Positions 10,791 to 21,556 of a DNA stretch of 64,000 nt are shown piece after piece (within the stretch, counting starts at the first letter, position 1; every line of letters begins with the position of its first letter). Source of the stretch: a virus. The notes below the pieces were generated by a model. That model worked only from the letters and a program-made list of their open reading frames with translations. It had not been told where the DNA came from and searched no databases. The position numbers and the translations under genes were made by a program. The stretch lies in IMG/VR virus record IMGVR_UViG_3300020159_002019, positions 32,001 through 96,000 of that record, one strand, 5' to 3'.

Positions 10791-11113
10791 TATTCTTCCT
10801 CCTCATCAACATCGTAATCTTCATCACAATCTTCACACTCTTCTGAGGGGATAAACTCTAACCAACTATCTTGGTTTTTGATTTTATCATTCACCGTTTC
10901 CATATTATCCAACTCCTCACTTAATGTTGTAACCCATTCATTTCCATCTCCTGGTGTTGGTTTCATTTCTTGGTAATTTTCTTGGATGTATTCTTGTAAT
11001 TCATCAGCGCTCATACCTTTAGTTTCTTCATACATTTCCGAATCAATTTCAATCGGTTCTTTCGCTATATATGTTGTATATGATTCACACATATAAACTT
11101 TAATTTTTGTCAT
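10790..11113 (-). CDS. highly acidic hypothetical protein
   Basis: 107 aa, Glu/Asp-rich. Confidence 0.6.
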   Translation of the reverse strand: MTKIKVYMCESYTTYIAKEPIEIDSEMYEETKGMSADELQEYIQENYQEMKPTPGDGNEWVTTLSEELDNMETVNDKIKNQDSWLEFIPSEECEDCDEDYDVDEEEE

Positions 11114-11152
11114 ACTTAATAATAATTATTTTTTGTTATTTTCTAAATAGTT

Positions 11153-11201
11153 AAAAAAAAATGAGCATGGACACTTTGTCTATGTGTATGTCCATGCTCA
11201 T
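11153..11201 (-). terminator. intrinsic terminator after the SSB gene
   Basis: 13-bp perfect stem ATGAGCATGGACA/TGTCCATGCTCAT followed on the minus strand by T8. Confidence 0.75.
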
Positions 11202-11205
11202 TAAA

Positions 11206-11994
11206 TTAAAATGGTTCTTCTTCACTCATTACTTCTTCTTCTTCAGATTGGTTTTTTGGTGATGAAACACTTGGAGTTTCTTTCTTCTCATAAGGATTTT
11301 CACCTCTCGCTACTTTTGATAAGTAATCGTAATCTCTTTTACTGAATACATCTTCCCAAGTCATAGTGTCTGATGTCCATTCTGAAATTTGTTCTTCAGT
11401 TCCTAATGGTTCTCTATCATCGTGAATGATTGAACTAACTACTGAATTACCTCTATCATCTTTACCTACGTTGATGATTAAATCTCTACCTTCTGTTGCG
11501 TGTGAAATATCACCTTTTTCAGAAAATACTGCTATCATTTTGTCAAAAACACCAGCACCTTTGTAATTGTGTGGGAATCTCCAAAACTTAACACCTTCAT
11601 CTTCTTTACCTCTTTCAATACCTTTTACGACATAGAACTTTTTAGGTTTGTAAGTTTTAGCTAAATCTTTATCCTCTTTTGAACCCGATTTTTCTAATTC
11701 AGATGCTACTTCACAAAATGGACAAGGATCTCCAGCATTTTTTTCTGGGCAATACAATTTTTTCCATTCCCCATTAACTTGGACATTGTGAAACCACACT
11801 TCTACAAATGGTGATTGTCCTGGTTCTGTTGGAATAATTCTGAATTTCTTTTTGTCTGTAAGTTTACCTTTTGGTAACATTGTTGTGAAGTATTTTGTCA
11901 AATCTACCTCTTTTCTTGGTTTCGCCTTATTGCTTTCGTACTGCTTAAGGATTGCGTCTAATACGCTGTTTTTTGGTTGTGCTTTTGTGCTCAT
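11206..11994 (-). CDS. single-stranded DNA-binding protein (T4 gp32-like)
   Basis: FRIIP..PFVEVWFH, C..CPFC zinc site, GRDLII motif and acidic C-tail ending EEEPF. Confidence 0.85.
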   Translation of the reverse strand: MSTKAQPKNSVLDAILKQYESNKAKPRKEVDLTKYFTTMLPKGKLTDKKKFRIIPTEPGQSPFVEVWFHNVQVNGEWKKLYCPEKNAGDPCPFCEVASELEKSGSKEDKDLAKTYKPKKFYVVKGIERGKEDEGVKFWRFPHNYKGAGVFDKMIAVFSEKGDISHATEGRDLIINVGKDDRGNSVVSSIIHDDREPLGTEEQISEWTSDTMTWEDVFSKRDYDYLSKVARGENPYEKKETPSVSSPKNQSEEEEVMSEEEPF

Positions 11995-12160
11995 AATATA
12001 TAATTTAATAAAGTTTATAACAACTCTAACGAGTTCGAATTTGTATTATATAAATAGTTAAAATCTATAAAAAGTAACTACTTAGTTTATGTTTTAATAA
12101 TAAGATTTTTATTTTAAAAAACAAACTTTTTAGATTTAATTTATTAATGTATTTATTGAT

Positions 12161-12820
12161 ATGGATAAAAATATAATAAATGAAGTTAAAAGAATCAAAC
12201 AACTTATGAATATAAATGAAGTTGTAATTGATGAAGGTTTTAAAGATTTTATTAGAGTCGCTTCTTTATGTGCAATATTAGCTACAGGTGAAATTTCTTG
12301 TAAAAAAATTGATACTTCTGATATCTCAACAAACCAAGTAACTAAAATTTCTGATTGGTCTAAAATACCACAAGAAGAAATGGAAAAAATGGGGTTTAAA
12401 AGTGTTAATACAATTTCTAATGATACTTTAAAATCCGTTAGAAAATATAACTCAAGACAGCCTTGGGTTGGTATATGGAAATTTACTGAAAATTTTAGAT
12501 CAGCAAATAAAGAATTTTTAATAATATCACCAAATAATTTATTAGATAGAAATAATATTGTCGGTAGTAAAGTATATTGGTGTGCTTGGTCAGATGAAAG
12601 ACAAGTTTATGATATATTCCCATTAAGATTTGTATCTGGCGAAATTTACTATCCCTCAATTCACGATAATAAACCTTATAAGTTTGGATTAAAAGGATAT
12701 TCAAAAAGTAAAAATTTAAACGAATATTTTGAAATTACTTTTTATGGTAAAGATTCTTTAGATATAACTAATTGGATTGCAGGTAAAGCAATAAGAATGG
12801 ATAAATTACCTTATCCATAA
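12161..12820 (+). CDS. hypothetical virion-type protein with an internal lipoprotein-like signal
   Basis: Shared NEVKRIKQLM N-terminal motif, then a hydrophobic stretch ending ISC-KK. Confidence 0.55.
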   Translation: MDKNIINEVKRIKQLMNINEVVIDEGFKDFIRVASLCAILATGEISCKKIDTSDISTNQVTKISDWSKIPQEEMEKMGFKSVNTISNDTLKSVRKYNSRQPWVGIWKFTENFRSANKEFLIISPNNLLDRNNIVGSKVYWCAWSDERQVYDIFPLRFVSGEIYYPSIHDNKPYKFGLKGYSKSKNLNEYFEITFYGKDSLDITNWIAGKAIRMDKLPYP

Positions 12821-12876
12821 TTTATTTTTAGCCTATTTATAGGTAACAAAGAATAAATTAAAAAACAAACCAACAA

Positions 12877-14760
12877 ATGAAAAAAATCCTATCGTTTTTG
12901 GCATTATTATGCCTATCTGTTATTACGTTCGGGCAAACATGCCCAACACCTAACGGAAACTCAATTATTATTAAACCAAATTACACGGTTTCATCTTCAA
13001 TAGCTAACCAAACAGATGTAAAACTTTGCTATAATAATACAACCACAAGTAAAATTACAGCTCTACAATTTAAGATTAGTTATGACACTATTGCTTTTAC
13101 AGAGCCATCGGTTAGATTAGTTATTCCTGATAGTTCAGATTCTTATTTACAGTTCTATGTAAATAAAGGAACAATTACTATATCAACAGTATATGACGGA
13201 TCAAATCTTAATTATACTTACCCTTCAGGTGAGTTATTTAATATAAACTTCAAACATTCAAATCCAAACACATTTCAATATTTAACAGGGATTACATCGT
13301 TGGGGTTTGATAATCAATACCCAACAATAGCATCAACTAATTTAGGTAAAGATACAACATTAAATAAATTTAACGGTGGTGGTATATTTATTAGACCTTC
13401 TATCAATTTCACAGGAACATTTAAAAACGTAACTGGTTCATTCACTAAAAACCTATTAGTAGGTTTATGGAAACAACCTAAATCAGGTGGTAATTGGACA
13501 TTAGTTAATGTTGATACTACTGACTTAAATGGTAAATTCGCATTTAGTCCTATCGTAGATACTACATATTGGACTTGTAAAATAGAAGTTAAAGGTGATA
13601 CGTTATCTTTAGGTAATGTGGTAACAACAGCAGATGCTCAAAAAGTTAATAGATTTGTATTAGGTATTGAAAATCCAAAAAGTTTTGATTTCCATTCATC
13701 AGATCCAAATAATTCAGGTAATATATCTATTTCAGACGTATATACAATCTTTAATAGAATTGCAGGTAGATTTAGTAGTTTTACAACACCTGACGTTAGA
13801 TTTTTTACAGATATTCAATATAACACAATTACGACAGATAGTTTAACTAATCATTCATTAGATATACCAGGAAGTGCTAATTATTCATATACAATTGTAA
13901 CAGGTGTTGATTCAATTACAGTTTATGTATTAGCAACAGGTGACGTAAATGAAACAGGTTTCCGTATGGCTAGATTAGTTCCAATTAAAATAACTAATCC
14001 ATTAAACGCACCTAATTTCATTATAGATCAAACAACTGATTACTACGCTTCATTAAATGAAATGGAAATTAATTTACCGACATTAAAAATTGAAGAGGGT
14101 AATTTAGTTAATATTCCGGTAACAGTTTTAACTAACGGACAAGAATTAGGGGCTGTGCAATTAGCAATGAAATATGATACAGATTTATTAGAGTTTAGAG
14201 GTGTAAAAACCCTAAACTCAACCGCTAAATGGATGTCATTTACAAATCCTAACGATGGTGTAGTTGAATGGGGTGGTGTAGATATGAGCGAACAAAATAA
14301 AGTTAAAGATGGTAATGATGTAGTTGTAATGCAATTTTACGCTAAAAAACCTAAAGATGATTGGAATGGTTCTCCATTATATGTGACTCGTAAATTTGTA
14401 GGTAATTCAACAGCTAAAGATTTAAGTATTAAACCTACTGATGGTAGAGTGGAAGTTCTTAAAACATCTCCAATTGTATCAAGGTTAAATGGTAGTTTAA
14501 ATATATTAGTTTATCCAAACCCTTCAACAGGTATAGTATCAGTTCAATTTAACGTACCTGATAACAATAATACTATGGTTTATTTTATAGATATGATTGG
14601 ACATAAAGTGGCTGAAATAACTAATGGTAAAATGCCAAAAGGTGAATACAGATACACTGCAAATTTAACAGATTTACCAGTTAGTGCTTATACAGCGGTA
14701 GTTGAGTGTGATGGTAAAATAATTGGTAGCGCGAAACTAATAAACGGCGTATTTATGTAG
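12877..14760 (+). CDS. secreted cohesin/dockerin-like protein with T9SS-type C-terminal domain
   Basis: Signal peptide; cohesin-like ITALQFKISYD and LGAVQLAMKYD; dockerin-like DPNNSGNISISD; C-terminal VYPNPSTG..KL. Confidence 0.7.
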   Translation: MKKILSFLALLCLSVITFGQTCPTPNGNSIIIKPNYTVSSSIANQTDVKLCYNNTTTSKITALQFKISYDTIAFTEPSVRLVIPDSSDSYLQFYVNKGTITISTVYDGSNLNYTYPSGELFNINFKHSNPNTFQYLTGITSLGFDNQYPTIASTNLGKDTTLNKFNGGGIFIRPSINFTGTFKNVTGSFTKNLLVGLWKQPKSGGNWTLVNVDTTDLNGKFAFSPIVDTTYWTCKIEVKGDTLSLGNVVTTADAQKVNRFVLGIENPKSFDFHSSDPNNSGNISISDVYTIFNRIAGRFSSFTTPDVRFFTDIQYNTITTDSLTNHSLDIPGSANYSYTIVTGVDSITVYVLATGDVNETGFRMARLVPIKITNPLNAPNFIIDQTTDYYASLNEMEINLPTLKIEEGNLVNIPVTVLTNGQELGAVQLAMKYDTDLLEFRGVKTLNSTAKWMSFTNPNDGVVEWGGVDMSEQNKVKDGNDVVVMQFYAKKPKDDWNGSPLYVTRKFVGNSTAKDLSIKPTDGRVEVLKTSPIVSRLNGSLNILVYPNPSTGIVSVQFNVPDNNNTMVYFIDMIGHKVAEITNGKMPKGEYRYTANLTDLPVSAYTAVVECDGKIIGSAKLINGVFM

Positions 14761-14790
14761 TAGAATAAACATACAAATATAAGAAATATT

Positions 14791-15135
14791 ATGGCAGAAG
14801 AAACAGAAAACACAAACGATGGAACATTGTCAGGTTTAAAGAAAACTATTATTGGTACTCTATCAACAGTAGTACTTGGAGCAGGTACTTGGCTAACAAC
14901 AACATTTTTTAACGGACATTCAGATGATAATGCTGAAACTAAAACAGAACAAGCGGCACCTGCCCCAGCGGCAGCACCTGTTGTAATCAACTTATCAAAC
15001 AATAACGAACAAAAACAACAAAATAATAGTGGTGGTGGAAATACTACAATTATTAAAGAAAGAGTTATAGAAAAACCAGCTCCGGTTAAAGAAGAAAAGA
15101 AAAAAGAAGAACCAAAGGAAGAAGCGCCTTGGTAA
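14791..15135 (+). CDS. small single-TM protein
   Basis: TM segment followed by a low-complexity tail. Confidence 0.6.
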   Translation: MAEETENTNDGTLSGLKKTIIGTLSTVVLGAGTWLTTTFFNGHSDDNAETKTEQAAPAPAAAPVVINLSNNNEQKQQNNSGGGNTTIIKERVIEKPAPVKEEKKKEEPKEEAPW

Positions 15136-15165
15136 TAAATCTTAAATAACGAAAACCAACAAAGA

Positions 15166-15879
15166 ATGAAAACCATAAACCAACAAAGCATAATCAACTT
15201 CATAGTGGCTCTTTTAGGGGCGGCTATGATGTTTGGTTGTGGAACAACTAGAACAGAAAAATACACAGCTGATTTTGAAAAGAAACAATCAATACAAGTA
15301 GTAAGTGATTACGATGGGAAACCAATTCCTGTTCAAGTTCTTTCAATCGGTATTAGTGATAATGTCCTTACCTCATACCCAATTCTTAAAGAAAAAAATG
15401 TAGGATTAGGTGTTACAAATATAGCTTTAGATTACTTAGAAGGCACAAATAGATTCGAGTTTACAGAAGATAAAGAAGAAATCAAACTTAAAATGGTTAA
15501 ACAATTCCAAGCAAGTGCTAAAGGCTTTACTGAAAATAAATTAGATGGTAAAGGTAAAATTAAACTTGCAAAGTATTTTGTTTATATTGAAGTATATGAT
15601 TTTTCAGTAGATGAACAAGAAACCTATACTGCGGGTAAAAAGCAATTAGAAGTAACTACAAGATTAGGTCTACAAATTAGATTTGTTGATGCTGAATCTG
15701 GACAAGTTAGAGTAGGTTCTGGTATGGGTGAAGCAACCCAATACGGTCAATCATTTTTGAAATCTCTTGATATGAAATTTGCGCAGTCAACTGTTGGTAT
15801 TTCGACAAGAAAATCCTTAGAAACAGCTTGTTCAAGGGTGGTATCCAAAATGATTAAAGATGGAATCTTTGAAAAATAA
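15166..15879 (+). CDS. CsgG/TolB-N-like lipoprotein
   Basis: Lipobox MFGC; LGLQIRFVDAESGQVRVGSGMGEA is typical of the CsgG fold. Confidence 0.7.
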   Translation: MKTINQQSIINFIVALLGAAMMFGCGTTRTEKYTADFEKKQSIQVVSDYDGKPIPVQVLSIGISDNVLTSYPILKEKNVGLGVTNIALDYLEGTNRFEFTEDKEEIKLKMVKQFQASAKGFTENKLDGKGKIKLAKYFVYIEVYDFSVDEQETYTAGKKQLEVTTRLGLQIRFVDAESGQVRVGSGMGEATQYGQSFLKSLDMKFAQSTVGISTRKSLETACSRVVSKMIKDGIFEK

Positions 15880-17107
15880 AATAATTTCTATTATTTTAAT
15901 TTTATTTATGATGAGTGGGTTGAGCGTAAAAGCTCAATCTATTTCATATTCATATGTTGATCCCTGTACTAAAGAAACTAAAAATATTACAGTATCTGGA
16001 TTAAATGGTACTTTACCTATTGTAATGAATTATTATGGGCAAGTAAAAGCATTTACACCAACAGAACTTCAAAACGGAACTTTTGACTCTTGGGCTAATT
16101 CAGTTTATAATGAATATGGTAAAGGAAATCCTTGCGCTCAAATAGGGATTCAAACAATTACAACGAATGTATTAAATGTAACTAATAACGTAGTTAATAA
16201 TGTTGTTTCATTAGGTTCTATGCTAACTTCAATAACATCTTCAGGGGTTAATTCTATACCTACCGATGTAGTATCAACAACCGGAACTGGATCTAATACT
16301 ACCACTTCTAATAATAATTCAGGTGGAGGAAGAACTATAACAGGTGGTAAATCAGAAAAAGGAGTTCAAAGTAAAGAAGAAAAACAAGAAGAGCAAAAAC
16401 AAGAAGAAGTTAAGCAAGAAGAAACTAAACAATCTTCTAATTCTGCCAAATCAACTAGTAAAGCAACCTCAAAATCAGACAAACCGGCTATTATGTTAAC
16501 AGGCGATTTGGTTGGTATGCAATCTGCTTCTGATAATACACAAGACGCTAAAGCTACAACATCATATATTAGAATATCTGGAAATAAAAAGACATCGTTA
16601 GGTGTATCAGCAGATTTTACAATAAATGCTAATATAGGTAATATAACAGTATTTAGATCTTGGATGACACAAAAAACAGCTCGTAAACATATTGATTTAG
16701 TTTCTAATAGTATATCAATATTACCAAACAGCTTTAGCAATACATTAGTATTTATAAGAATAGATAACGTAAAGAAATTCACTGGACTATATGGTGTTGG
16801 GGGTATGTATGGGGCTTTAAACAAAGAACCGCTAACTTCTTTATTAACTCTTGGTGGTGGGATGTATAAAGGACAACTAACTAAAAATGTTGATGCGGTA
16901 TTTATATTAGTGGCTGTATATGTTCCATATATGAAATATTATACTGAAAGTATAATGAAATCAAAACCATTAATACTTCCATTTATGAATATAAACTATA
17001 AAGTAACTAAATCCTTTAGATTTGGATTAACGGCTGGAACCACATATTCGGTAAATGAACAACTAATAAACTATCAAGTATTATTTGGAGCTAAATTAAC
17101 TTTATGA
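15860..17107 (+). CDS. secreted protein with predicted C-terminal outer-membrane beta-barrel
   Basis: Signal peptide VKA-Q, low-complexity linker, alternating beta strands ending YQVLFGAKLTL. Confidence 0.55.
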   Translation: MESLKNKIISIILILFMMSGLSVKAQSISYSYVDPCTKETKNITVSGLNGTLPIVMNYYGQVKAFTPTELQNGTFDSWANSVYNEYGKGNPCAQIGIQTITTNVLNVTNNVVNNVVSLGSMLTSITSSGVNSIPTDVVSTTGTGSNTTTSNNNSGGGRTITGGKSEKGVQSKEEKQEEQKQEEVKQEETKQSSNSAKSTSKATSKSDKPAIMLTGDLVGMQSASDNTQDAKATTSYIRISGNKKTSLGVSADFTINANIGNITVFRSWMTQKTARKHIDLVSNSISILPNSFSNTLVFIRIDNVKKFTGLYGVGGMYGALNKEPLTSLLTLGGGMYKGQLTKNVDAVFILVAVYVPYMKYYTESIMKSKPLILPFMNINYKVTKSFRFGLTAGTTYSVNEQLINYQVLFGAKLTL

Positions 17108-18759
17108 GAAAAATATTATTATTTTTACTATTATTATCATCAGTTGTTAAAAGTCAAAACTTTTCTCAGACAGGTAGGGTGTTTGGTATAAATAATGTAG
17201 GAGTATCTAATATAAGAATACAATTTTGGAAACGAACAACATCAGCCCTTACAGGATTCACATCCCAAACAAACTATAATGGACATTCTTATTATCGTTC
17301 AACAACAACTAATACTTGGACAGGCTCTAAATCTACTTGTGAAAGTATGGGAGGACATTTAGTTACGATGTCTAACGCAGCTGAAAATACATTTGTGTTT
17401 GGAACATGGCCTTCAGGATGGTTTGGATATTATCAAGATAAAAGTACTGGGTATTTCTTTTCAGAGCCTTTAGGAGGATTTAGATGGACTGAATTACCTG
17501 TAACAACGAGTTTAGTTGCTAATTATGATATAGCAGATACTAATTCATATAAAACAACATCACCTACGTTAGTTAGGAATACTATTAAAGGAACTAACGC
17601 TACTTTATTTAGTACTCCAACATATACAGCAACATCAGGTAAGTATATGTCATTTAATGGTTCAACACAATATATGATGACTGAAAATCTTGGAAGTTAT
17701 TTTAATTCAGGCGTTGTTAGTTTAATGTTATGGTGTTACCCAACAGATGCCGGTGTATTAGTATCTGAACAAGGACAACCTTCCGTTGATGGTGGTTGGT
17801 TTGATTCTCAAATTGAAATAACTAATGTAAGTGGTTCAACCGGAACATTAAGGTGTGGAACTTGGAGTGGTAGTGGATTACAAAGTGTAAGTACAACAAT
17901 AACATTAAATCAATGGAACTTTATATGTTTAACACATTCAGGAACTCAATTAAAAGGATACTTAAATGGGACAAACTTTAATTCTTTATCTTACGTAAGA
18001 CAATACCCTTCTCAATTATATTATACCTTCGCTTCTAAATGTAATACAAATATGGGTGATGGAACATTTGCTAATGCCAGATTAGGTTCATTTCAAGTAT
18101 CTAATGTTGTATGGACAGATGATGAGGTAAATAGAAGTTATATGTTTAATGCTTATAGATTTGGAGTATATCCATATTCTAATTGGAATAATGGCGAGCC
18201 TAATAATGCAGGAACAGAAGATTATGCTCAGTTCGTAAGTGGTGGTAAATGGAATGACTTACCAAACTCAGCGATGCTTAATTATGTATTGGAATTTGAT
18301 TATATAACATCAAACGGAACTTGGGTTTTAGATACAACAGTATTAACAAATACTAGTGGAGATTATTCGGTTTTAAGAACATCTAACCCTTCTATTGAGT
18401 GGAGAATAATATTAGATACATTATCTATATCATCACCGCAAAGAACTAATGCTTTAGATAATAACAACCTTATATTTAATAAAAGAACTATTAACGGAGC
18501 TGATTATTTTAGATATGATTTAAATACTGATAATAATTTTTCAGTTTCAGATATTTATTTACAAATAAAAAAACGTAGAGGATTGATTTGGACGGTACCA
18601 AATTATAGAATATATACACAAACGGAACATTCTACAATTAGGTTATCAGTCACGGATTTAAGATTAACATATCCGGGAGTTCAAACAACTACAGCGTCAC
18701 CACTAACAAATGGTGGTGTGACTAATTTTTATATATTAAGAACAGGCTATGACAATTAA
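17104..18759 (+). CDS. secreted C-type lectin / LamG / dockerin-like protein
   Basis: YNGHSYY..C..MGGHLV, EPNN and WND lectin motifs; LamG LNQWNFICLT..YLNG; DLNTDNNFSVSD. Confidence 0.75.
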   Translation: MRKILLFLLLLSSVVKSQNFSQTGRVFGINNVGVSNIRIQFWKRTTSALTGFTSQTNYNGHSYYRSTTTNTWTGSKSTCESMGGHLVTMSNAAENTFVFGTWPSGWFGYYQDKSTGYFFSEPLGGFRWTELPVTTSLVANYDIADTNSYKTTSPTLVRNTIKGTNATLFSTPTYTATSGKYMSFNGSTQYMMTENLGSYFNSGVVSLMLWCYPTDAGVLVSEQGQPSVDGGWFDSQIEITNVSGSTGTLRCGTWSGSGLQSVSTTITLNQWNFICLTHSGTQLKGYLNGTNFNSLSYVRQYPSQLYYTFASKCNTNMGDGTFANARLGSFQVSNVVWTDDEVNRSYMFNAYRFGVYPYSNWNNGEPNNAGTEDYAQFVSGGKWNDLPNSAMLNYVLEFDYITSNGTWVLDTTVLTNTSGDYSVLRTSNPSIEWRIILDTLSISSPQRTNALDNNNLIFNKRTINGADYFRYDLNTDNNFSVSDIYLQIKKRRGLIWTVPNYRIYTQTEHSTIRLSVTDLRLTYPGVQTTTASPLTNGGVTNFYILRTGYDN

Positions 18760-19192
18760 AAGTTTATTATTTGGGTTATTATTCCTTCCATTGTTTTCAT
18801 TTGGACAATGTGTAAAAGTTGATTCAGTTTATAATAAAACTGAAATGAAATCTATTGAAAATAGATCCGTATTATTTGGTATTAAACAAATCACGGAAGA
18901 TCTTTTACAAGATAAAGGTTTTGATATTTGTCAAGACGGATCACCAATATATGTTGAAATAACCTATATTGGATTACCTGAAAATACATTTAGAATTGCT
19001 GGATTTGCCTTACAAAACAAGATTACGGAAATTAAAGTTAAAATAATAAACGGAATTAGAATAATGGAAGGAACTGGAACTTATAAAACATCTACAAATG
19101 CTATGATGCTTGAAATAAATGAAGAAGTTCCATTTAAACAAACAGTCCTATCTAATGCTATTAAATTAGCTTTGATAAACGCTTTGAGGTAA
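18749..19192 (+). CDS. secreted hypothetical protein
   Basis: Signal peptide FSFG-Q; last gene of the envelope operon. Confidence 0.6.
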   Translation: MTIKSLLFGLLFLPLFSFGQCVKVDSVYNKTEMKSIENRSVLFGIKQITEDLLQDKGFDICQDGSPIYVEITYIGLPENTFRIAGFALQNKITEIKVKIINGIRIMEGTGTYKTSTNAMMLEINEEVPFKQTVLSNAIKLALINALR

Positions 19193-21016
19193 TTATTTAT
19201 TATATTTAGCGTCAATCCTTTCAATGATTTCTTCAATCACACCCTTGTTATCAATTACACCATCAATAGCCATATTAATAATGGATCTTTTTTTATCTAA
19301 AACTTCATATACTATCGTATCCACAGTATCGTCAAAAAGTGGAAAATAACAAATAACGTCCTTAGTTTGCCCTATCCTATACGCCCTATCTAATGATTGG
19401 TCAATATTTGCTGGGGTATAATTTAAATCATTTACAATAACAACTTCAGCTGCGGTTAAAGTTAATCCAACACCAGCAGCAACGGTATTACCAATAAACA
19501 ATCTAACATTTGGATTATTTTGAAAATCCTCAACAGCCTTTTGTCTATCCTTTTGACTTGTTTCACCATTAATAACAACACAAATATCTTTATATTCTTC
19601 TCTTAATGTATTAACAACTGAAGTATAATCGGTAAATACAATTACTTTTTTATCCGATTCTAATGAATTATTGATAAGTTCTTTGGTATGCTTTAATTTA
19701 TTTTCGGCAACCCATCTTCTTAAAACAGATAATTCAACTAGTTTTTTAGCATATGAAACATTCTTACCTTGTTCTTCCCTCATTTGAATATATCTTTCAA
19801 CAGATGAATCATAATCAATTTTATCATCATCATCTAATTGTAAGTATATAGGTGAAATAATTTTATCAGGTAAATCTAATACATCTTCTTTTCTTCTTCT
19901 AATTGAAACAGGTTTAATCCTTCTATTTAATTCTTCTAAATTTGAAGCACCATCAGCCTTAATAATTCTTCTACCTTTAATCATCATAGTTTTAGCATTA
20001 CAATAACTATATAGGAATGAATTATAATTGGTTGATAGTGGATGTTCTACCATAGATAATAATGAAAACAAATCCACAGGTTTATTTGTAATTGGTGTTC
20101 CTGTTAAAAACCACCTTTTTTTAATTGTTTTAGCTATTTTTTTAACGTGTTTTGTTCTATTCGAACTTGATGATTTTAAATAATGTGCCTCATCACAAAT
20201 AATCAAATCAAACTGTTCATTTAATATTTGATTATTAACAGCAACCTCATCGTATTCTTGGAACTTGAACTTAGGTTTTTTTTCTTTTTTAGGTTTTTCA
20301 ATTGTATTAAACTTATCTAAGATATCATAATTTATAATTGTCCATTTATTAGGTTTCCATTCTCTTTGAATAATTGATACATTATCAGAATCATCATATA
20401 TAGATATTTCTTTTTTCCAATTTAATTTAAGTGATGCTGGGCATATAACCAATATTTTTTTAGCGTCAGATTCCAAAGCAGCGATAATTGATGAGGCTGT
20501 TTTACCTAAACCTGGTGTATCTAATAATAAGAAATTATCATTTTGTAATAATTTAATAATAGCTTCTTCTTGATGCTTCATAGGAAGCCTTGAAGAGTAT
20601 TTATTCCAATCCACATTTACTTCAGGTATAACCCTAAATAAATCTTCATTTAGTTGAGCTTTTGGTAGCCAAATAAGTTCAGAGTCTCTATTTTTAAATA
20701 ATTTAACTTGGGCGTGATATACCTTTTCTTGTTCCCCAACAATCTTTTCAATTAGGATTTTTTCTATTTGATTAGTAATATTAAATTGTCTCATTAAAGA
20801 GTTCCTAAAGAAATTAGTTAAATCTAAAAACTTATTTACTTCTTTTACTTGAAAATTATGATTATTTATAATATAATTTGCTTGATTTTCAGTTATCGGT
20901 AAGAATGATTTCTTTTCTCTTGTTTTTTTCAATTCCAAGATATAAGGATTATCCCCCACATAACTTTTTAATAAATCTAGAGCTTTAACTTTAGCAATGT
21001 CATTTAATTCTATCAT
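19193..21016 (-). CDS. SNF2-family helicase (HARP/SMARCAL1-like)
   Basis: PGLGKT, DEAH, LTGTPITN, GVGLTLT and QSLDRAYRIGQ motifs. Confidence 0.92.
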   Translation of the reverse strand: MIELNDIAKVKALDLLKSYVGDNPYILELKKTREKKSFLPITENQANYIINNHNFQVKEVNKFLDLTNFFRNSLMRQFNITNQIEKILIEKIVGEQEKVYHAQVKLFKNRDSELIWLPKAQLNEDLFRVIPEVNVDWNKYSSRLPMKHQEEAIIKLLQNDNFLLLDTPGLGKTASSIIAALESDAKKILVICPASLKLNWKKEISIYDDSDNVSIIQREWKPNKWTIINYDILDKFNTIEKPKKEKKPKFKFQEYDEVAVNNQILNEQFDLIICDEAHYLKSSSSNRTKHVKKIAKTIKKRWFLTGTPITNKPVDLFSLLSMVEHPLSTNYNSFLYSYCNAKTMMIKGRRIIKADGASNLEELNRRIKPVSIRRRKEDVLDLPDKIISPIYLQLDDDDKIDYDSSVERYIQMREEQGKNVSYAKKLVELSVLRRWVAENKLKHTKELINNSLESDKKVIVFTDYTSVVNTLREEYKDICVVINGETSQKDRQKAVEDFQNNPNVRLFIGNTVAAGVGLTLTAAEVVIVNDLNYTPANIDQSLDRAYRIGQTKDVICYFPLFDDTVDTIVYEVLDKKRSIINMAIDGVIDNKGVIEEIIERIDAKYNK

Positions 21017-21190
21017 CTATAACAATATAATATTTTTCAATAAAAAATAAATAAATGTTTATTTTATGCTTTATATATTTATATTGACCAGGACCTTAAT
21101 AATTAATAGTATATTAAATAATATATATAATAACTAGAAACTAGACCAGAACAGCTTTATATAAAATATATTATAGAACTATTTATATAT

Positions 21191-21556
21191 ATGGCAAAGC
21201 AAAAATTAGAATTTAATGATGATAGTTTAACATCATTACTTCAAGAAACATATTGTGAAATAGTTGATCAAAGAAATAAGGCTTTAGGATTACTCAACAA
21301 GTATTTAAAGAATGTTGAAGAGAATAGTGATATAGCTATGGTTGGTAAAATCAATAACGAATTATTAAAAGTAATAGACTCTTCAATTGGTAAAAAGATT
21401 GAAGTGGTTAAACTTATGGCTGATATTATGAATAAGAAAGGTAGTATTAAAAATGATGATTCTTCAACAAATCAAATATCAAAAGAACAAAAAGCCGAAA
21501 TGCGTAAATTGGTTAAAGAAATAAAAGAAGGTAAGATAAATATTAGTGGTGAATAA
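21191..21556 (+). CDS. hypothetical protein
   Basis: ORF with TATTTATA motif directly upstream. Confidence 0.65.
   Translation: MAKQKLEFNDDSLTSLLQETYCEIVDQRNKALGLLNKYLKNVEENSDIAMVGKINNELLKVIDSSIGKKIEVVKLMADIMNKKGSIKNDDSSTNQISKEQKAEMRKLVKEIKEGKINISGE

Noticed and set aside
21020-21190. Replication origin in the AT-rich divergent intergenic region (GACCAGGAC/GACCAGAAC pair)
   Set aside because: Only two imperfect repeats; nothing distinguishes it from a divergent promoter region.
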